A DNA stretch of 62,612 nt, filler included. It is 10 parts of 10 records of this genome, joined end to end, with 100 filler letters (N's around TTAATTAATTAA, not from the genome) between each part and the next. Parts side by side here need not be neighbours in the genome. Positions count along the whole stretch, not along the records: positions 42,130 to 45,053 come from SRR20825015_99; positions 45,154 to 48,699 come from SRR20825015_129; positions 48,800 to 50,808 come from SRR20825015_135; positions 50,909 to 55,809 come from SRR20825015_146; 6 more parts are not named here. One strand, 5' to 3'. How positions within the stretch are numbered: position 1 is the first letter of the stretch; every line of letters begins with the position of its first letter. A model generated the notes under the pieces. It was not told the DNA's origin. It did not search any database and worked only from the letters and a program-made list of their open reading frames with translations. A program made the translations under genes and the position numbers. This document shows, in pieces, positions 43,918-55,909 of the stretch.

Positions 43918-45053
43918 ATGGCACTTCTGACAACAACATGTATATCGTTGGTAGTGATGATGATGTTGGTGTCACATCAGCAGACAGCCCTTGCAGGCAA
44001 TGTTTGCGATAATGTTCAAAATAACGACGGTTGCTCTACCGATAATGTCTATTCGTGTATCGACCCCCAAGGTGCCGATTGCAGCACAAAAACCGACTGT
44101 GGAATTGAATTCGACTCCGATTTTAGAGCTGCCACTCAAATCACTATTTATTCCCAAGACAGAGACAATGACCCCTGGATTAGTTGCCCGTGGGGATACG
44201 ATAGTGTCAATGCTCTTGGCGTGGTTACGGAGGCATTGTACCTGTTTGGTGGCAATACCCCATGTTTCTACTCAAGGAGTGCATCGGCATCTGTGAGCTC
44301 ATCTTCCGTCCTAATCGGTGGTACCACGTACTACAACTTCACTGTGTTTGGGAGTAATAACTGGTGCTCCAGCTACCACACGTACTTCTTCAAGTGTAAC
44401 TCAAATCAGGCACAAATGCAGGTGGGTAATATTGGCCTGAAAAGCTGGGGTTCGAAGTTGAGGACGTCGGCGAATCATCTCTGTCAGATGCGTGGAGGTG
44501 CTGTTACCCCAATCCGGCGAGGTACCGCACTAATCGAGGATGTATATGTAAAAGGAAAGATGACCAGATCCAGAGCAGCTTTATTCTGTGGAAATTGGGG
44601 AGGTACACTCATGCAAGCCACCATACCAGCTATTGACTCCATCGCTGGAGTAATGGGTAGCGACTCGAAGTGGGACTTCCATGTCGGGTATGATAGCGGT
44701 AAGTGGGACTATGACAATAGCAACTACAACAGCGCAACTGACTCTGAGCGAGACGGTAGTGTTAATAGTCAGTTTAAGTACATCAATATTCAGACAAAGA
44801 AGATGAAGAAGATGGGGGATCAAAATCAACGGTACTACTTTGCGTGCACCCGCACCATGGCCGATGTCATTATGGTAGTCCCGAAGTGCTACGTGGGTCT
44901 CAACTGCCGTGTGAAGGCCACCTCGACCCTTACCGTGCAGGACTACCACACCATCTCTGACGCCATCAAGAAGGTTCGCTACGTCATCACCGCCTCGCCC
45001 TCATTTGTTGTGTTTGAGTTCAGTGTTGGTCAGACAGTCACCTACTTCAACTA
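43918..45053 (+). CDS. Secreted/surface Cys-rich protein with a divergent C-type-lectin-like segment, 3' partial
   Basis: Signal peptide; Cys-rich N-terminus; KMTRSRAALFCGNWGGTL...FHVG...WDYD...YYFAC. Confidence 0.6.
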
Positions 45054-45153
45054 NNNNNNNNNNNNNNNNNNNNNNNNNNNNNNNNNNNNNNNNNNNNTTA
45101 ATTAATTAANNNNNNNNNNNNNNNNNNNNNNNNNNNNNNNNNNNNNNNNNNNN

Positions 45154-45180
45154 TGTGTGTGTGTGTGGTGTGTGTGTGTG
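45154..45180. repeat. (TG)n microsatellite at a contig end; similar simple repeats end contigs at 48680-48699 (CA), 50909-50965 (TGTGGA-like) and 55782-55809 (CAAA)
   Basis: Directly visible; the assembly breaks at these repeats. Confidence 0.9.
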
Positions 45181-45189
45181 TTTTTTTAG

Positions 45190-46012
45190 GGGAGGAGAGT
45201 GGCGGTCAAGAAGTTGGAGACGTCCCGTCTGAGGAGAGATTCTTGGAAAGAGTTTGAGATGGAGTGTGCGTTGCTGAGCAACCTTTCCCACCCAAACGTA
45301 CTTGAGTTTCTTGGCGCAGTGACGAAGCCTCCGTGTTTGGTGACTGAGTTCTGCAGCAGAGGGTCCCTTCACAGTGTCCTCCACGGACAGGAAGTGATTT
45401 CGTGGGAGATGGTGCTGAAAATGGCCAAGGACACGTGTCGTGGTATGGTTTACCTTCACGGGTTTAACCCAAAGATCATTCATCGAGATTTGAAGACGGC
45501 AAACTTGTTGGTACGCACTCACTCCCTCTACGTTGCTGCGGGCGCTGACTGCTTCCATTCTCTCATTTTCTTCTTAGGTTGACCAAGACTGGAACGTCAA
45601 AGTCGGGGATTTTGGGCTCTCGCGATTCAAAGATACGGAGCACACGATGACTGTGGTGGGCACGCCCGCATGGGCAGGACCTGAGGTGCTTCGCCATCAG
45701 AACTACAGCGAGAAGGCGGACGTATACAGCTTTGCCATCGTATTGTGGGAGTTGATGACACGGTTCGACCCTTACTCTGGCATGGCACCCGCTCAGATCA
45801 TCATTGGGGTGATTGAGCGTCGCCTTCGTCCGGAGATTTTCCCCTTCTTTCCCGAGCCTCTGGTGCGACTGATGGTGGATTGTTGGGATGAAAACCCAGA
45901 CAACCGCCCCGACTTTGTCACAATCTTGAAGAGGCTCGAGGATATGGACATTGCAACATGGCAATCTGCATCTCTAGCTTCTGCGCACCTGGACTGGTGG
46001 ATGGAGAACTAA
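45190..46012 (+). CDS. Tyrosine-kinase-like (TKL/Raf-like) Ser/Thr kinase domain, 5' partial, one intron at about 45510-45577
   Basis: VAVKKL, LSHPNVL, HRDLKTANLL, KVGDFGLSR, GTPAWAGPE, DVYSFAIVLWELMT and CWDENPDNRP. Confidence 0.92.
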
Positions 46013-46482
46013 CCCACGAGAGTTGGCTGTTGTGTGTGTGCTCGTGCTCGGTTTACATTTGGCTGGCGCGACTGAGTTGCACTCGTCGTCGTGGTCCGCT
46101 CGACCGATTTTTTGTTTATTTTCCACGCGGATCAGCGTGGGTCTGTGACAGTGGTAGCTCACTCTCCTCTCCGCTTATGAGTCGTAGAATGAGTCACTGG
46201 TCCTGTCTCGCCGCCCACACTGTCCGGTCATCCCTCTGTACCTCCCAATCGCTATACTTTATTTATGCCCAACCAACGATGCAATCCACGCTTGGGATGG
46301 CCGAATTGACACAAGGTAGTAAGTGTATGTAGAAAACAAAAGGCATAGAACAGCATAGAATGAAGAGACAACGTAGCTTCATGCGCGTAATTGAAAAGGA
46401 AGCCCTTGTGAGTGTGCCTTCTGTTTGTACATTTTGTACCAAATCATCCTCGATATTCCTCTATCAGAGTCTCCTCTATCAC

Positions 46483-46788
46483 CTATACGGCCAGAGCGAC
46501 CTTGCTCTTCCTCCGCACGAGCTCTTCTTGCAGCATCTGACTGACGTTCTCTTTGGTCACCTGCGACTCCCTCTGGTATTGGACGTAGTCAACAGAAGCA
46601 GCAACCCGATCTCGTGCGCCTGGCATGAGAGGCCAGTTCTCTCGAAACCAGTCGTTATGAGACCTCACGAGCAATGGTGCGCCGACGAACACTATCGCTA
46701 CATTTAGTCCAATGTACGCTTGGATGAGGTGCTCTCTCTTCTTCACTGCTGTGCGAGCTGCCCCAGTCAACTTGCTAGCCACCGCCAT
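46483..46788 (-). CDS. Small hypothetical single-TM protein
   Basis: 101-aa ORF with a basic N-terminus and one hydrophobic segment (YIGLNVAIVFVGAPLLV). Confidence 0.5.
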   Translation of the reverse strand: MAVASKLTGAARTAVKKREHLIQAYIGLNVAIVFVGAPLLVRSHNDWFRENWPLMPGARDRVAASVDYVQYQRESQVTKENVSQMLQEELVRRKSKVALAV

Positions 46789-47332
46789 GTCTACGCCTGG
46801 GTCGGTTTGCGGGGGGTCCTCCCTTTACTAAACACAACTCCACAGACTCCACCGATATAGTGGACGACGTCAACACAACGGGCTGTAGTGGACAGGTCAC
46901 AAGTGATGGGACTGGTGGCGAGAGGCGGGAAAGAGGAAGGAGGAGAGGCGGTGTGACGGTGTGTGTCCCCAACCAGTGCCACCAATGGCCGACCGGTCCC
47001 GGAAATGGCAAATTAGGCCGATGCGAAAATCACGCAAGTGAGAGTAAACAATGTCAGAGAACACACGTGAGGGAAGGAAAGCTCGGGCTCACGACAGTCC
47101 ATGCTTTGCCAGAGCGTTCTCGCAGATGATTTTTTGTCCACAGAAACAAAGAAACAAGGATGCTGTGTGGTATGATAATGATGAGGATAACGAGTGCAAG
47201 TCGGTACGTTAGCCATGGCTGGTGTCAATTTGCGAGTGACCTCCCAAGTGACTTGACACAAAACTGCTTGAGATTGGGAACAGACCGCGTCTTTTCCTTT
47301 AGGAATTTATGTCGTAAACCACTTCATTCATC

Positions 47333-48580
47333 CTACTTCCTTTTGAACACTTTGAGAAACACTCCATCTTTTGGAGATATCGTGATAGCAGGTTCAATCT
47401 CCATGGTTTTGTTCATCATACTGGGACCTGGACGGAGGTAGAATTGTCTGTAGATCCGAATCAAACCGAGCTTCACTTCTTCCACGGCGAACCGCGCTCC
47501 AATGCAGTTTCTCGGACCTAGACCGAACGGGATGTGTGCATAGGGGTGGTGCTTGACTGGAGGGTCAAATCGCTCCGGGATGAATTTTTCCGGGTCTTCC
47601 CAGTACTTCTCATTCCGGTGCAAGGCGTACTGAAAAGGGGGCATCAGTTGAAGGGATCTAAAGTTTTGCTTTCGTGGCAAGTGGGTTACATCTCCCGCGA
47701 CTCAGCACATGTTGGGAGGTTTGGTAGCAGCAGGGGCAATCAACTTACAACGGGCACTATAATCCTCATCCCCTTTGCGACCTTGTATGGGCCAATGTGT
47801 GTATCGCATTCGGCACTTCGACCAATCATAGCACCTGCAGGATACAACCTCTGAGCCTCGTTCACAACTTTCTCCACATACTCGTATTTTCCTAGTTCGT
47901 CGTACGAAGGCTGCTCCCCGAGGGACTTGGCTAACGAATCTATTTCCTTAACCATCTTCGCCTCCTTATCCGGGTTGGTGGCAAGCAAGTAGCACGTGAA
48001 TGCGAGAGTGTTGGCAGTCGTGTCGTATCCCGCCAGAAGGAAAGTGTTGCTCTGGTCTCTGTTGCGAGAACCAGCTGCGTCAGAAGAAGTCCAGCGAACA
48101 ACACAACATCCCGTCACCTTATCTCATCAATGGATAGCCTTCTGCCAGAATCAGCATCGACCGATTTGAGGAGCAACGTTGCCAAATCGTTGTACCGACC
48201 GCTATCCGGGTCATTCTTCCTCGCTTCCAACACGTTCATCGAAGTGCGGTCCATCACTCCTACAACCAACAGTTACCACGATGAAACTAACTATAGCATA
48301 ATGCCCTCCTGCCCTACCGACAGCGGCTTTGATGGGTTTCAGCACTTTGGAGGCGAGCACAGCGAGAACGGGGCTCAAGAACGGTGCCACGCATCCCACG
48401 TAGAACCCGAGACTGTTCCGCCCAAGAGACGCGGCGAACAAAGTTTCTGCTGCTTCGACGACTTCATTGGACTCGCCCGACTGGCACTTGAGGCGGACCC
48501 CGAACGCTGTTGAACCAATTACCTCCATCGTCATCTTCCCAATCCACTTCCACATGTCCACTTCCTCTCCCGAATCTGAT
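47333..48580 (-). CDS. Cytochrome P450 (CYP711/CYP3-clan-like), multi-exon, 5' partial
   Basis: I-helix FLLAGYDTTANTL, EAQRLYP (ExxR), FIPERF and heme motif FGLGPRNCIG. Confidence 0.92.
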
Positions 48581-49803
48581 GCGGGTGAATGGACGAGTAT
48601 TGTGTGAGCCTGTTCCCAAGATAGAGTGCAGCTGGCACAGAGAGAGAGACACCCACACACCGAGAGACGGACACACCCACCCACACACACACACACACAN
48701 NNNNNNNNNNNNNNNNNNNNNNNNNNNNNNNNNNNNNNNNNNNTTAATTAATTAANNNNNNNNNNNNNNNNNNNNNNNNNNNNNNNNNNNNNNNNNNNNT
48801 TGCCCGAATGGGATCATTTTCAAAAATGTGTTACCATACCTTAAAATTGCTTGTTTACGATCCTGTTTTGTTCTAGAGACGATGCATTTTGGAAATAGTA
48901 CCCCCTGTTTATCCCTTCTCATTTTTCTCTTCCTTCATTTTTTATTTAAAAGTAAATATTCTATCCGATAAACGGTTACGAAATAGTTTAAAGTTCCAGT
49001 TTTGAAATTGAAATTTCCTCGAAATCAAAACTCAAAATAGCAAACCTCCAAAAATAGCAAAAAATAGCAAAAAGCAATAGAAGTCAAACCCCGCCGTGTG
49101 CTGAAGTCAAAGAGTATTTTATTATTCATTCTCAAGCCACGGGTATACAATTAGTCATACCTGAGTTACACAATACAATTAGTCATACCCGAGGATCATT
49201 ACGTATCAGTTAATATCAAAAGGTCCCGAGGTGTATATTGATAGCTGTAATTTTAGTGTCTTATTCAATAAACAATTGAAAAGAGACATTGTGCTACATT
49301 ACACGCTACGAAATACCCTTTTTCTTAAAAAAACACACACACCATTTTCATTTCAATATTGCTTACTTTTCAATTTTGTGCTCTGCGTTGGAACTTTTTG
49401 TTGCCAGCACATTTAAAACACAGCACGTCTTTTCACCCCGCGCTTCTCTCCACCCCTGAAACATCGTAGAGAAATCCGTGGGTCTTACTATAAAAACATA
49501 CTGAAAAAGAACTCCTAAAACAGAACTCGTAGAACTCGTAAAACAGTATTAAAACGATCTGGTGCTTCTATTTTAGCAACCAATCTCTCCCCGTTTTTCT
49601 TCATCACCGTCTCTCTCCTCCTCTAACAATATAATAAAATCCAAAGGGATTACCCCACCCAACAAAAAAGCCCCAACTCACAGACACACAGGTATTTCAC
49701 ACTCCAACCTGCGTGTTTTCAGAGCTCCAATTATATATTATTGTCTATCAACAACCACAACGCAGCACCAACAACAATACCTCCCTTCATTAGTGTGCTG
49801 ACT

Positions 49804-50808
49804 ATGCAAGCTACTACTACTGCGGTCCTGTTGGAAGCTACTACTACCACTGCCTACGCGGTCCTGCTGATCGCTTTATTGGTGATGTGCCTTTTCCACC
49901 CCACTATGGCCCATGCCCAAGCCCTCCCTGTTCTTGTCTCCTACGCCCCAGCCAAGGAGTTCTGCACTACATGGCCTGGAACACGGCTAGACTCTTATAC
50001 AGACCCCTCCACCTCCAACGATGTCTTCTACTGTGTAGCTGACTGCCAACCTGATGAGATGTGTGCTGAGCTCCACATGCCCATATTTGCCAACGGGTCG
50101 ACTCCTGACTCTGCTGGTGCTACTGGTGCATTATGCAGGAACTTTCCCGATCAACGTGAGGGTATGTGCTTGAAAAAAAACATCCTCGCCACGCCCGTCT
50201 TGACCACCCTGAGTGGGGTCACCGAAGCTGATCCTGCTACCCAGAGAGACATTGGGGTATACTGCTTCGACGCTCCCAATGGGACGACGGAGGTGTCCAC
50301 CAAATGTGGAGCTGGTAAGATCTCTAGGAGTCTCTGCCGAGGGTTCTTCAGCACTATTTTCACCTATACCATCAATGCCGGCTATCGTGGGTACGGTCAT
50401 ATGTCGCAGTGTGGTACCGATCCTTTGGTCTCCTTGACTGCCTTCAGTGGCCACTGTATGTGCGATGAACGAGTGGTAAGTGGAATTACCTACCAGAACG
50501 CACTACGGTCTATGGATCTTATGGGAAGGTATCCCACCAGCGATCTCTCCGTCGGCTCCCTCATCCCCGACACAGTATGCCTCTTGACCCCCCAGTCGGT
50601 GGATACTGACAACGGCTGCCCTGCTGGCCACACTTGGCAAGCGAACCCTGCCCCCATGGGCTATGTATGTGTCGTAAGCGACGATGGCACCACATCACTC
50701 CCATGGTGTCCACAGTCGACTGTTCTCACACCTGTCTGCAGCGGTGACCTGTCAAAGAGCATGATCTTAGATATCAGTTACGGTACCTTCTACCCCTACG
50801 GTCTGGGG
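49804..50808 (+). CDS. Hypothetical secreted/membrane Cys-rich protein, 3' partial
   Basis: Open to the contig end; hydrophobic signal (AVLLIALLVMCLF...AHA) and many cysteines. Confidence 0.6.
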
Positions 50809-51027
50809 NNNNNNNNNNNNNNNNNNNNNNNNNNNNNNNNNNNNNNNNNNNNTTAATTAATTAANNNNNNNNNNNNNNNNNNNNNNNNNNNNNNNNNNNN
50901 NNNNNNNNGATGTGGATGTGCGTGTGCATGTGGATGTGGGTGTGCATGTGGATGTGGATGTGGATTGTGGGGGAAGTTCAGTTAGCACCAAGCGAAAAGT
51001 GTGGACGCATGATGGATCTTTCCATAC

Positions 51028-53279
51028 CTGGCTTGAGACATCGCGAGGAAAATTGCACACTAATGCGACCAAGGGGTATTGAATTTCGGAACCCGAAGTT
51101 CGCCTGCATCTGATGGTAAAATGTGCTGCACCGACAAACTTCTGCGGCCTCGAGAACAAGTCAAAGTAGATGTTCCCGAGAAATTCCCCTGATTCCTCGT
51201 AGAGGGAAACTTTTCTCACATCAGGCGCCCAACCTGCAGCAGAAAAGGGAGGTGTGTGCGTGACTCGGTGAGAACCGACAAAGAGTCTCCCTCCCCCCTT
51301 CCTCCTTCAATTCTGGTTGCTCAATGAGAAAGCCTTACCCTCGCCTTCATCCATTTCCGCGACCTCCATTCGCACTCCGAATAGACTGCGAGTTAAGAGG
51401 TCGAGCCCTTCCAAACATCTCTCAACGGAAAAGTACCGAGACAGAGGCAAACGCTCTCGAGCAGAAGCCTTGGCGACGCTCATGTAGTAAGGAACATCCC
51501 AAGCGCACAGCACGGCCTTCCCTTCACGGTTGACTTTCTCGTTTCGGAGCATATTCGCCTGCGAGCAACACCGTCAGTTCTATTGATGCGACCTTGGAGG
51601 GCGCGTTTCACCTCTCTTTCTGCGTGCTCCTTGGCGACGTCCTTCACCTCATCTAAGAAGTACATCACTCTTTCTGGTGTCTTCGACATCAATCCTGGAT
51701 TCAAGAGTGAGAATGGAAGAGAACGGCAGAGCCCATTCACGAGCTCAAAGGCAGGTCCCTACCGTGGCAGTTCAGAGATGCATACGATTTCCATCCTTGA
51801 AGGGACGCCAGTTCGTGACGGCATTTGATCATTTCGTCCAAAATCGAAAGGTTCTCCGGGGTCGCGTTCTTCTCAGCCAAATAAACGCGCTCCCTCGTTC
51901 CGCCATGTGAAATGTGACTCAGTACGTTCTGGAAAGAAACAAAATACGTCCGTCCGCGTGTGAGTGCTCCTCGTGTAGCCTCCGATGTAGCTGGAGGAAT
52001 GGACGACTTACAGCGCAAATGAAGGGATCTGTTGGAATGGCAAACTCCCCACCACGGGCAGCAGCCTCTTTCTGTAATTTTCGACGGGTCAGAACACTCG
52101 AGTATATGCTCGATCTCGCGAGCTCAACGTTGAGCCGATGTTTGGCATACCTTGACGAGCTGGAGGACAGAGGCAGGGAGAGACTCCATCAACTGCGGAT
52201 AGTCAATCTGAATCCACTGGCGCCCACTCCGAATGTTGTGCACAAAGTTCGCTGACAACGAGGCCATAGTGTTCTGTGAGCGCCCCGGTTAGGCCCTCGG
52301 CTTTATGTGTTTGTCTGCCCCTCATCTGTGACGCTTACGTGGATGTCTGAGATTTTGCGCCGTTGTTTATGGGGAAGGCCGATGCCGTCCTGTTCATATT
52401 CCTTCTTCATCAGGTACACAAACCTTTGTTGTTCTTCGTCCAAGCTGGCAATCGCTGTCAACACGGCGGGCATAGCCAAATGGTGTTTCGCCGACTCGCT
52501 CACCTCGCCATGATTTCAGCGTCATTCCACATGGACTCCAACTTGCTGTACAACTGAGTGTTTCCATTCACGTTGAGGATAAAGTCTAACCCTCTCTGGT
52601 AGGATTGATGGGCTGCCTCGACGAAGCGCGGATCAGAGTGAACATTTCTGCCGATGTACCGTTGCGTTGAGCGTGTGGAGGGTGTGGGTGCACGAGTTTA
52701 GCCATAAAGCCGCAGAATTTCGTACTTTACTCTCTCCCAACCCACTCTCCGGCGCTCAATCATTCTTTCCTTCTCACTCTTTTACCATCGTGCTCGGACT
52801 CACCTACATAGTTCCGCTGGGTCTAGGATGCTGCACAAGTGATTTGAAATGTCGTCGTATTTGTCGAGCATCGCAGCTGAGGGAGGTTCCTGCAGAATCT
52901 CCTGCACGAGGGTGGCGGCGCTAGAGAGATGCGCATCAGTCCACGATGACCAACCGTTGGGATGAGCGAGTTCGGCGTAGCCAAAGAGACCCGATGACCT
53001 GTGAAATTACGTGAAATAGGAATCATTGAGGCGTGTGAATGGAATGTGCGAGCTCGATGCATTGCAGGGGCCGCTGAAAGCCATACAGACGGGTGTGCGG
53101 GCGGATCGAACAACGCAGTGAACGGAGAGTGTGTCGCACCTTTGTGACCACGAGTTGGGATTTTGGAATAGACTGAGAAGCGAGGCCTTAGACGAACTAT
53201 CAGTAGCAACGCGAGTGGAATGGTACTGTTTCACGATGGTTCTATTGAGACTTGCCAGACGCACGGCAATGCTGTGCAT
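51028..53279 (-). CDS. MIPEP: Mitochondrial intermediate peptidase (M3A), multi-exon, 3' partial
   Basis: Targeting-like MHSIAVRLASLNR..., then GLFGYAEL, DDISNHLCSILDPAELCR, RHELASLQGWKSYA, AWDVPYY and IYFDLFSRPQKFVGAAHFTIRC. The HEXXH exon lies beyond the contig end. Confidence 0.9.
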
Positions 53280-53458
53280 GCGAAAGAAAAAGGGTGAGAA
53301 GGGAGTGCACGAAGCAAGCGAGCAAAAGATCCACCCATTCTGTACCTCATTCTCGCTCTACAATGTCGCACCGGCCCACCAACCCTATGTAGAGCCATCA
53401 TGATTTCACTCGCGACAACAGCCTTGGTGGAGAATTCCGTGGTTCGAATTCTGGCTTG

Positions 53459-54734
53459 ATGAGTATGATGCGCCGGCTGTTCGACCAATGGATCGCGTTC
53501 CCGCTCATGCTGCTGAGCATCCCAGCTTTGGCGTTTGGTATCTACATGCAGTACCATGAGCAGCATAGCTCCAGATGGGTCGGAGTAATCATAGCCTCCG
53601 TTCCTATCAACTTTACCCTATTATGTGCCATGGTCCCAGGCGACATCTTCGGTATTGTGTTCGGGCCGGACCCATCATTGCGTCACGGCTCTCTGATGGC
53701 CATGTACCTCTTCGCGGCGATCGGAGTGTTTAAAGCGTCAACCGCTCCGAGTGACGACGGCGGCCTCGGTCCGTTGTCTGATATCAGCGGTGTGGAGCTT
53801 GACAGGGACAGCCTTCGCTTCTTCGTCGCGGGCACCCTCTTTCACGTCGCTCAACTCACAGCGATAGCGACCACAGTGTTATTCGCCTACCTTGACAACT
53901 TCTACTGCCGGTTGCCTCCCGCAAGCAAGGCTGCCGTAGCGGTAGGAGATAAACTGCCCGAGTTGTCGTTTCATCAAGGTAGTGCCAAAGCCCAGAGTAA
54001 CGACTGGCGAGGCAAATACGTGGTGATGGTGCTCTACCGGTCAGTCAACGAACCTGACGGCTCCCAAACACCCTCCACATGCTCCCAATCATACATCATT
54101 TGCGTACCTTACTAACGTTCCTGCTCTTGGCTCCCATTTGTGTGGCGTGGCCCCTCACCAACAGACCGTGGGACCCCCTGTGCCAGGCGTTCATCAACCA
54201 GGCACTTACTCAAGCTGAAGCGCTCGAGCGATCAGAGACGAAGGTGATGCCTTGCACTTCCCTTGCCCAGCCTTTGTACTTGCGGCGAACTCATCATTCT
54301 TGTCTTTTTGTATCGTGCAGATTGTGTTCGCCTCATCCAGCCCCCAGTCATCCACCCCTAGTAAAATCCCCAAGTCTGGCGCTTACCATGATGCCAATGG
54401 AGACAGTGCCAAGAAGCTGGGGTTGTGGGCACCAGCGACTGTCCCGTTGCCCTTCCAGCTGACGCACGGACTCTCTGGTCCTTTGCCTTCAGTGCTCATT
54501 GTTAGTCCCGATGGCGAGATCATTTGGATGCACACATCAAAAGACATTCGTGATCGCCCGAACGCAGAATACTTTATCCACACAATTCTCCAGCACATCG
54601 ATAGTAAGAAGAGGATGAAACTCAATATACAAGCTCGCGAGCAGGAACAGCCCGCATCCAAAGCAAGTTCTCTCGACGAAAGCAAGAAGGAGGTGTCGAC
54701 GGCGAAGAAGAGGAAAAATAGGAAAAAGGTCTAA
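53459..54734 (+). CDS. Multi-TM protein fused to a peroxiredoxin-like (AhpC/TSA) domain, spliced
   Basis: About four TM helices, then VGDKLPEL, WRGKYVVMVLYR|PWDPLC, DANGDSAKKLG and PSVLIVSPDGEIIWMHTSKDIRDRP. Confidence 0.7.
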
Positions 54735-54791
54735 CTATTCCCTCGCCTCGGATTAAGAATGAAAAAAACCAAATTGAGCAACGCGCCGCCA

Positions 54792-55663
54792 TCACTTGAA
54801 TCCAAAAACGTACGCCCTCCACGCCTCACATGCCTTGGTCGATTCCAACTTCAAAAATTGGTCCTTCTTTGCGTCATCTTCACTCCTTTCAGAGTTACCA
54901 TCGTCGCTATCACCCCCATCGTCCTCATCAGAGTCCTCGCGGTCACTTGCAGCGCCACAACTGTCCTCTTTAAACCAAACCTCTACTTCACCGAACCCTG
55001 CGACCTGAGGAGATAGGCGCAGGTCTTGTCAGGAAGCGACACCAACGAGGAAACATCAGCTCTACTCCTCACCTTCATTGCTTCAGCGACCTCTGGGATG
55101 GTCCACAATCGTCCCCGGTACACTTTAGACTTCATTTTTGCCTTCCCTTTGGGTTTGAACGTGAAGGAGCGGCTGCTTTCGTACGTGATTGGGTTCAAAA
55201 CAGAGCCAAAGCGGCAGGACTGTTTTCGTCGTTCCAGCGAGAGATGCGGCGTGTTATGCCAGAAAGAACTGTGGCACGAAACAACAAACTTACGGTCAAA
55301 TTGCGTGTTCGTGACTCTTCTGACCACTCCTCCATTCTAGCGGGACCGCCTTCAATGCCGACAGTCATCATACCGTCAGGTGCAAGCCATGAATGAGCGT
55401 GGTTGAGGTAGAAGAGGAGGGACGCCCTGGTCGCAAAGGGGAGGATGCCTGCAAAGGGTTGAGCCGGTGAGTATACGTCAGTGTGGCTGCTGGTATCGGT
55501 GTTTCTGTGGCTGTTGGTGGTGTTTCCTTCGCGCCCGATCCTCTCAATTCTTTCATTCGTACCGTAGTATTCCAGAAATCCGACTTGAAACATTCCATCA
55601 CCGGAAGGGAGCAGCAAACCGCCCTCGTCGTAGTTGAGTCCCACGGACTCAGAGCACCTGCTT
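54792..55663 (-). CDS. Class I SAM-dependent methyltransferase-like protein, C-terminal exons
   Basis: Manual splicing gives YLNHAHSWLAPDGMMTVGIEGG, RLWTIPEVAEAMK|VAGFGEVEVW and WRAYVFGFK*. Confidence 0.6.
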
Positions 55664-55909
55664 CTAAAGTGACAAATCCGTTTAGTGCAAAGTCATTGCG
55701 GATGTATCACTTAATCAAAACAGAAGGAACGAAAAAGAAAAAGAGGCAATAAACATAAAGCATCAGATGCAATCATTCATTCAAACAAACAAACAAACAA
55801 ACAAACAAANNNNNNNNNNNNNNNNNNNNNNNNNNNNNNNNNNNNNNNNNNNNTTAATTAATTAANNNNNNNNNNNNNNNNNNNNNNNNNNNNNNNNNNN
55901 NNNNNNNNN

